This document shows, in pieces, positions 60,353 to 64,000 of a stretch of 64,000 bases of DNA; position 1 is the stretch's first letter; every line of letters begins with the position of its first letter. Both the position numbers and the translations under genes were made by a program. The notes under the pieces are model-generated. The model did no database searches, was not told the DNA's origin, and saw only the letters and a program-made list of their open reading frames with translations. The stretch lies in assembly GCA_963781585.1 (NCBI GenBank), contig CAWAGQ010000004.1, positions 352,001-416,000 of the forward strand, read 5' to 3'. This DNA is from an uncultured Gemmatimonadaceae bacterium (GTDB lineage Bacteria > Gemmatimonadota > Gemmatimonadetes > Gemmatimonadales > Gemmatimonadaceae).

Positions 60353-60963
60353 TGTTCACCGGAATCGTCGACGACGTGGGCAGCATCGAGCGCGCGGAGT
60401 TGGGCAAGGCGGGGCGCGAATTCCGGGTGCGGTGTCGCTACCAGGACCTGCAGCCGGGAGAGAGTATCGCCCTCAACGGGGCGTGCCTCACGGTGCGTGA
60501 GGCAGGCCCCGGGTGGTTCACGGTGGCGGCGGTGGACACCACGCTGGCTCGCACCACGATGGGTGGCTGGGACGTCGGCACGCGCGTCAATCTGGAGCGG
60601 GCCACCCGGGCGGGTGACCGGATGGGAGGCCACCTGGTTCTGGGACACGTTGACGGAGTGGGGGTGATCCGCCGGGTGGCCCGGGAGGGGACGGCGCTCC
60701 TGATCGATATCGGCGTGGAGGCCGACATCGCGGCGTTGCTTGTGCCGCACGGCTCCGTCACCGTGGATGGGGTCAGTCTCACCGTCAATGCCCTGCCCGC
60801 GCCCCGCGTCCTGCAGGTGGCGATCGTGGACTACACGGAGCGGAATACTACGTTAGGCGCCCGGGCTGCGGGCGATCGGGTCCATGTCGAGGGAGACGTG
60901 ATCGGCAAGTATGTCCGGCAGCTGATGGCCCCCTACGGTCGGATCTCGGGCGGATCCGATTGA
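60352..60963 (+). CDS. ribE: Riboflavin synthase (alpha chain)
   Basis: MFTGIV N-terminus, NGACLT, VNLER, GGHLVLGHVD, DGVSLT. Confidence 0.96.
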   Translation: MFTGIVDDVGSIERAELGKAGREFRVRCRYQDLQPGESIALNGACLTVREAGPGWFTVAAVDTTLARTTMGGWDVGTRVNLERATRAGDRMGGHLVLGHVDGVGVIRRVAREGTALLIDIGVEADIAALLVPHGSVTVDGVSLTVNALPAPRVLQVAIVDYTERNTTLGARAAGDRVHVEGDVIGKYVRQLMAPYGRISGGSD

Positions 60964-61009
60964 AGGCCGGTGCTGGCCCTTTCCCCCGGCGTCGCGCTAG
61001 GATTCAACC

Positions 61010-62218
61010 ATGCCATTTGGAACTGTCGAACAAGCCATCCGGGACGTCCGCTCCGGCAAGTTCGTTGTGGTGGCCGACGACGAAGACCGTGAGAACGAGG
61101 GCGATCTGATCTGTGCGGCCGAGCTGGTGACGGCCGAGATGGTCAACTTCATGCTGCGGGCGAAGGGCATGATCTGCCTGCCGCTCCTCCCGGAACGCGT
61201 GGCGCAGCTCGGGCTCGCCATGCAGTCCGACGAGAACACGGAGGCGATGCGCACGGCCTTCACCGTCAGCATCGACGCAGCCGGGAAGTATGGGGTGACG
61301 ACGGGGATCAGCGCCGCCGACCGGGCGATGACCATCCGCGTCGCCGCCGATCCCGCGAAGGGGCCGGGTGATCTCCGGAAGCCCGGACACATCCATCCGT
61401 TGAAGGCACGCAGCGGCGGCGTGCTGCAGCGGGTCGGGCACACCGAGGCCGCCGTTGACCTCTGCCAGCTGGCCGGCCTGCAGCCGGCCGCCGTGTTGTG
61501 CGAGATCCTCTCGGAGGACGGACAGACGATGAAACGCGACGAGCTCGATCGGTTTGCGCAGGAACACGAGCTCACCTTCATCACCGTGGCCGATCTGGTG
61601 GCGCACCGGCTCAAGACCGAGCGCCTCGTGCACCGCGTGGCTGAAGCGCGCCTCCCCTGCGATATCGGCGATCAGGAATGGCGCATCGTGGGGTATCGCA
61701 ACGACGTCGATCAGCAGGAGCACGTGGCGCTCGTGTACGGCCCGCAGGATCGCAGCGAAAACGTGCTGGTCCGCATGCACTCCCGGTGCCTCACGGGAGA
61801 CGTGTTCCACTCACGACGCTGCGATTGTGGCTGGCAACTGCACACCGCTATGGAAATGATCGCCCGCGAGGGCAGGGGTGTCGTAGTGTACCTCGATCAG
61901 GAAGGGCGCGGCATCGGGCTGCTCAACAAGCTCAAAGCGTACGAATTGCAGGACGTCGGCCACGACACCGTGGAGGCCAACGAGAAGCTCGGATTCAAGG
62001 CGGACCTGCGGAATTACGGCATCGGGGCGCAGATTCTGCTCGACCTCGGTGTCCGGTCCATCCGGGTACTCACGAACAACCCCAAGAAGATGGTTGGCTT
62101 GAAGGGCTACGGGCTCACCATCGTGGATCGCGTGCGCATCGCCGCTCCGTCCACCGACGACAACGCCGGCTACCTGGAGACCAAGCGCACCAAGCTCGGT
62201 CACCTCCTCTCGACCTGA
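61010..62218 (+). CDS. ribBA: DHBP synthase / GTP cyclohydrolase II
   Basis: DEDRENEGD, GHTEA, RMHSRCLTGD...RCDCG, QEGRGIG, TNNP. Confidence 0.97.
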   Translation: MPFGTVEQAIRDVRSGKFVVVADDEDRENEGDLICAAELVTAEMVNFMLRAKGMICLPLLPERVAQLGLAMQSDENTEAMRTAFTVSIDAAGKYGVTTGISAADRAMTIRVAADPAKGPGDLRKPGHIHPLKARSGGVLQRVGHTEAAVDLCQLAGLQPAAVLCEILSEDGQTMKRDELDRFAQEHELTFITVADLVAHRLKTERLVHRVAEARLPCDIGDQEWRIVGYRNDVDQQEHVALVYGPQDRSENVLVRMHSRCLTGDVFHSRRCDCGWQLHTAMEMIAREGRGVVVYLDQEGRGIGLLNKLKAYELQDVGHDTVEANEKLGFKADLRNYGIGAQILLDLGVRSIRVLTNNPKKMVGLKGYGLTIVDRVRIAAPSTDDNAGYLETKRTKLGHLLST

Positions 62219-62698
62219 ATGGCGGAATTCGCCGGGACCCCCCTGGGGGAGCGCCGGAGAATTGCCGTGGCGGCAAGCCGATTCAACGAGGCGGTGACGC
62301 AGAAGCTCGTCGACGGGGCACTGGATGCACTGACGCGGCACGGCGTGCAACTCGATGATATCGACGTGGTGTGGGTGCCCGGCGCCTGGGAGCTTCCGGT
62401 AGCAGCCCGGCGGCTGCTGGCGATGGATCGCTACGACGCGGTGGTGGCCCTGGGCGCCGTAGTGCGTGGAGAGACTCCGCACTTCGAATACGTGGCCGGA
62501 GAAGCCGCGCGCGGACTCCAGCAGGCGGCAACCGAATACGAGACGCCGCTCGGGTTCGGTGTCCTCACCTGTGATACGATGGACCAGGCCATGGCGCGCG
62601 CCGGTGGCTCGCACGGCAACAAGGGCTGGGACGCGGCCCTGGCAGTGCTGCAGATGGCCGACCTGCTCGACCGCCTCGATGCCGCTGACCCGGGTTGA
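62219..62698 (+). CDS. ribH: 6,7-dimethyl-8-ribityllumazine synthase
   Basis: SRFN, VPGAWELP, VRGETPHFEYV, FGVLT, GNKG. Confidence 0.96.
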   Translation: MAEFAGTPLGERRRIAVAASRFNEAVTQKLVDGALDALTRHGVQLDDIDVVWVPGAWELPVAARRLLAMDRYDAVVALGAVVRGETPHFEYVAGEAARGLQQAATEYETPLGFGVLTCDTMDQAMARAGGSHGNKGWDAALAVLQMADLLDRLDAADPG

Positions 62699-63110
62699 TC
62701 AGCGCGTACGTCGGCGGTCGCGAGCCCGCGCTCTGCAGGCCGTCTATGCCTGGGACGTTCTCCCGCGAGGTGATCTGCGGCAGATCGCCGAACGCTTGTG
62801 GAGCGATCTCGCCGTGGGGCGGGAGGAGCGTGCGATCGCGGCCCCGCTTGTGGAGGCGGTCGCGTCCCGGTGCACGGAAATCGATTCGTTGCTGGCGCAT
62901 GTTACTACCAACTGGCGTCTCGATCGTCTCGGCGTCGTGGAGCGATCGTTGTTGCGCCTCGGCACGGCGGAGTTGCTCCGCGCCGACGTTCCGGCACGGG
63001 TGGTGATCCAGGAGGCTGTCCGCCTGGCGGAACGGTTCGGCAGCGACGAGAGCGCGCGGTTCGTCAACGGCGTCCTCGACGCCGTCGCCCGCAGGCTCGG
63101 GAGGATCTGA
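62679..63110 (+). CDS. nusB: Transcription antitermination factor NusB
   Basis: RRRSRARALQAVY, NWRLDRL, EAVRLAERFG, FVNGVLD. Confidence 0.94.
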   Translation: MPLTRVDQRVRRRSRARALQAVYAWDVLPRGDLRQIAERLWSDLAVGREERAIAAPLVEAVASRCTEIDSLLAHVTTNWRLDRLGVVERSLLRLGTAELLRADVPARVVIQEAVRLAERFGSDESARFVNGVLDAVARRLGRI

Positions 63111-64000
63111 TTGCGGATCCTGGTCGTCAACTGGCAGGATCGCGAGAATCCGCAGGCGGGGGGCGCCGAGACGCATCTGCACGAGATCTTCGGTCGTCTG
63201 GCGCGCGCGGGTCATGAGGTGCGCCTGCTGTGCGGTGGATGGCCCGGTTGCCCGCCGCGGGCCAACCTCGACGGCATTGAGGTTTTTCGCGTGGGGACCC
63301 GGTCGTCCTTCCCGATGCTGGCGCGCCGGGCCTATCGCGACCGATTCGCGCCGGAGCTGGGTAGCGTACTCGTGGAGGACATCAACAAGATGCCGCTCCT
63401 GACGCCCAGGTGGGGAGCGCCGCGCGTGGTCGGCCTCGTCCCGCACCTCTTTGGTGCCACCGCGTTTCAGGAGCTGTCCGCGCCCCTCGCAGCCATGGTC
63501 TGGCTCTCGGAACGGAGCATTCCGCTGGTCTACGCCAGCGTGCCGTTCCAGGCGATCAGCGAGAGCACGGCCGAGGACCTGACGCGTCGCGGTATTCCGC
63601 GCGATCGCATTCGCGTGATCTACTGCGGCGTCGACTCGCTTCGGTTGACGCCCGATGCAGCGGAGCGGGAGCCGCGGCCTCTTTTCGTATATCTTGGTCG
63701 CTTGAAGAAGTACAAGCGCGTTGACCTCGTTCTTCGCGCCTTCGCGCGCATGGCCGTGCCGGAGGCGCGGCTGGAAATTGCCGGAGAAGGGGATGCCCGC
63801 GGCGACCTGGAGCGCCTCGCTGCTTCGCTTGACCTCGGCGATCGCGCAACGTTTCTTGGGCGCATCAGTGAGGAGGGGAAGCTCCATCTGTTGCGGCGCG
63901 CCTGGGCGCTGGTGTTCACGTCGCCGAAAGAGGGGTGGGGAATCACGAATCTCGAAGCGGCCGCCTGCGGGACCCCTGCGCTGGCCTCCAACTCGCCCGG
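63111..64000 (+). CDS. Glycosyltransferase family 4, 3' partial
   Basis: Own translation from TTG 63111: MRILVVNWQDRENPQAGGAETHLHE...YLGRLKKYK...KEGWGITNLEAAACGTP. Runs off the window. Confidence 0.9.
   Translation, partial: MRILVVNWQDRENPQAGGAETHLHEIFGRLARAGHEVRLLCGGWPGCPPRANLDGIEVFRVGTRSSFPMLARRAYRDRFAPELGSVLVEDINKMPLLTPRWGAPRVVGLVPHLFGATAFQELSAPLAAMVWLSERSIPLVYASVPFQAISESTAEDLTRRGIPRDRIRVIYCGVDSLRLTPDAAEREPRPLFVYLGRLKKYKRVDLVLRAFARMAVPEARLEIAGEGDARGDLERLAASLDLGDRATFLGRISEEGKLHLLRRAWALVFTSPKEGWGITNLEAAACGTPALASNSP

Larger units (their letters stand above)
3974..60858. repeat. Dispersed octamer CGTTAGGC / GCCTAACG
   Basis: 15 exact + strand and 3 exact - strand copies counted by eye, plus 4 one-mismatch copies that keep GTTAGG. 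Positions are listed in the findings. Confidence 0.85.

Noticed and set aside
3976..60855. bldA-like translational control through rare TTA codons
   Set aside because: The TTA codons share a fixed flanking context, and the motif also occurs antisense, intergenically and in a stop-codon frame, which points to a DNA-level signal.
3974..60858. GTTAGGC/GCCTAAC as integron attC core sites (GTTRRRY/RYYYAAC)
   Set aside because: Copies are isolated inside essential genes, not paired as inverse-core/core around cassettes, and no integrase is present.
249..63991. Many long antisense or alternate-frame ORFs (e.g. 3867-5549, 19844-21358, 56433-57914, 58556-60121)
   Set aside because: Shadow ORFs expected in high-GC DNA. 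They overlap well-supported genes and lack recognisable motifs.
1..64000. CRISPR arrays, transposases, prophage or defence genes
   Set aside because: No repeat-spacer periodicity or recognisable mobile or defence proteins. The short repeats seen are 7-bp tandems.

Overview
High-GC (roughly 70% by eye) bacterial chromosomal segment, nearly all on the + strand. Gene content and order suggest a Gemmatimonadota-like organism (inference). In order: (1) 1-10.2 kb, the 3' part of a translationally coupled signalling operon: TPR-roadblock, two further roadblock/MglB proteins, an MglA small GTPase, a tandem DnaA-type AAA+ protein with no DNA-binding domain, a DUF4388-MshEN-TPR protein, CheD, CheB, two CheW, a TPR protein and a membrane-anchored zinc peptidase; (2) a small membrane ORF, tRNA-Val(TAC) and a secreted TPR protein; (3) the dcw cluster rsmH to ftsZ, with DnaA-box-like sites between ftsA and ftsZ; (4) housekeeping genes (M23 peptidase, vWA protein, ftsY, recG, histidine kinase plus lipoprotein, asnS, dinB-family, mazG, alr, deoB, cdd, a lone microcompartment vertex gene, mtaB, miaB, comFB-comEC, fbp, methylmalonyl-CoA mutase, argS, pfkB, purM, rib operon, nusB, partial glycosyltransferase). 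No mobile elements or CRISPR were seen. The two strongest unexplained signals are the Mgl/DnaA-like/Che operon and a dispersed octamer CGTTAGGC (18 exact copies counted by eye) that accounts for essentially all TTA codons found in the + strand genes.
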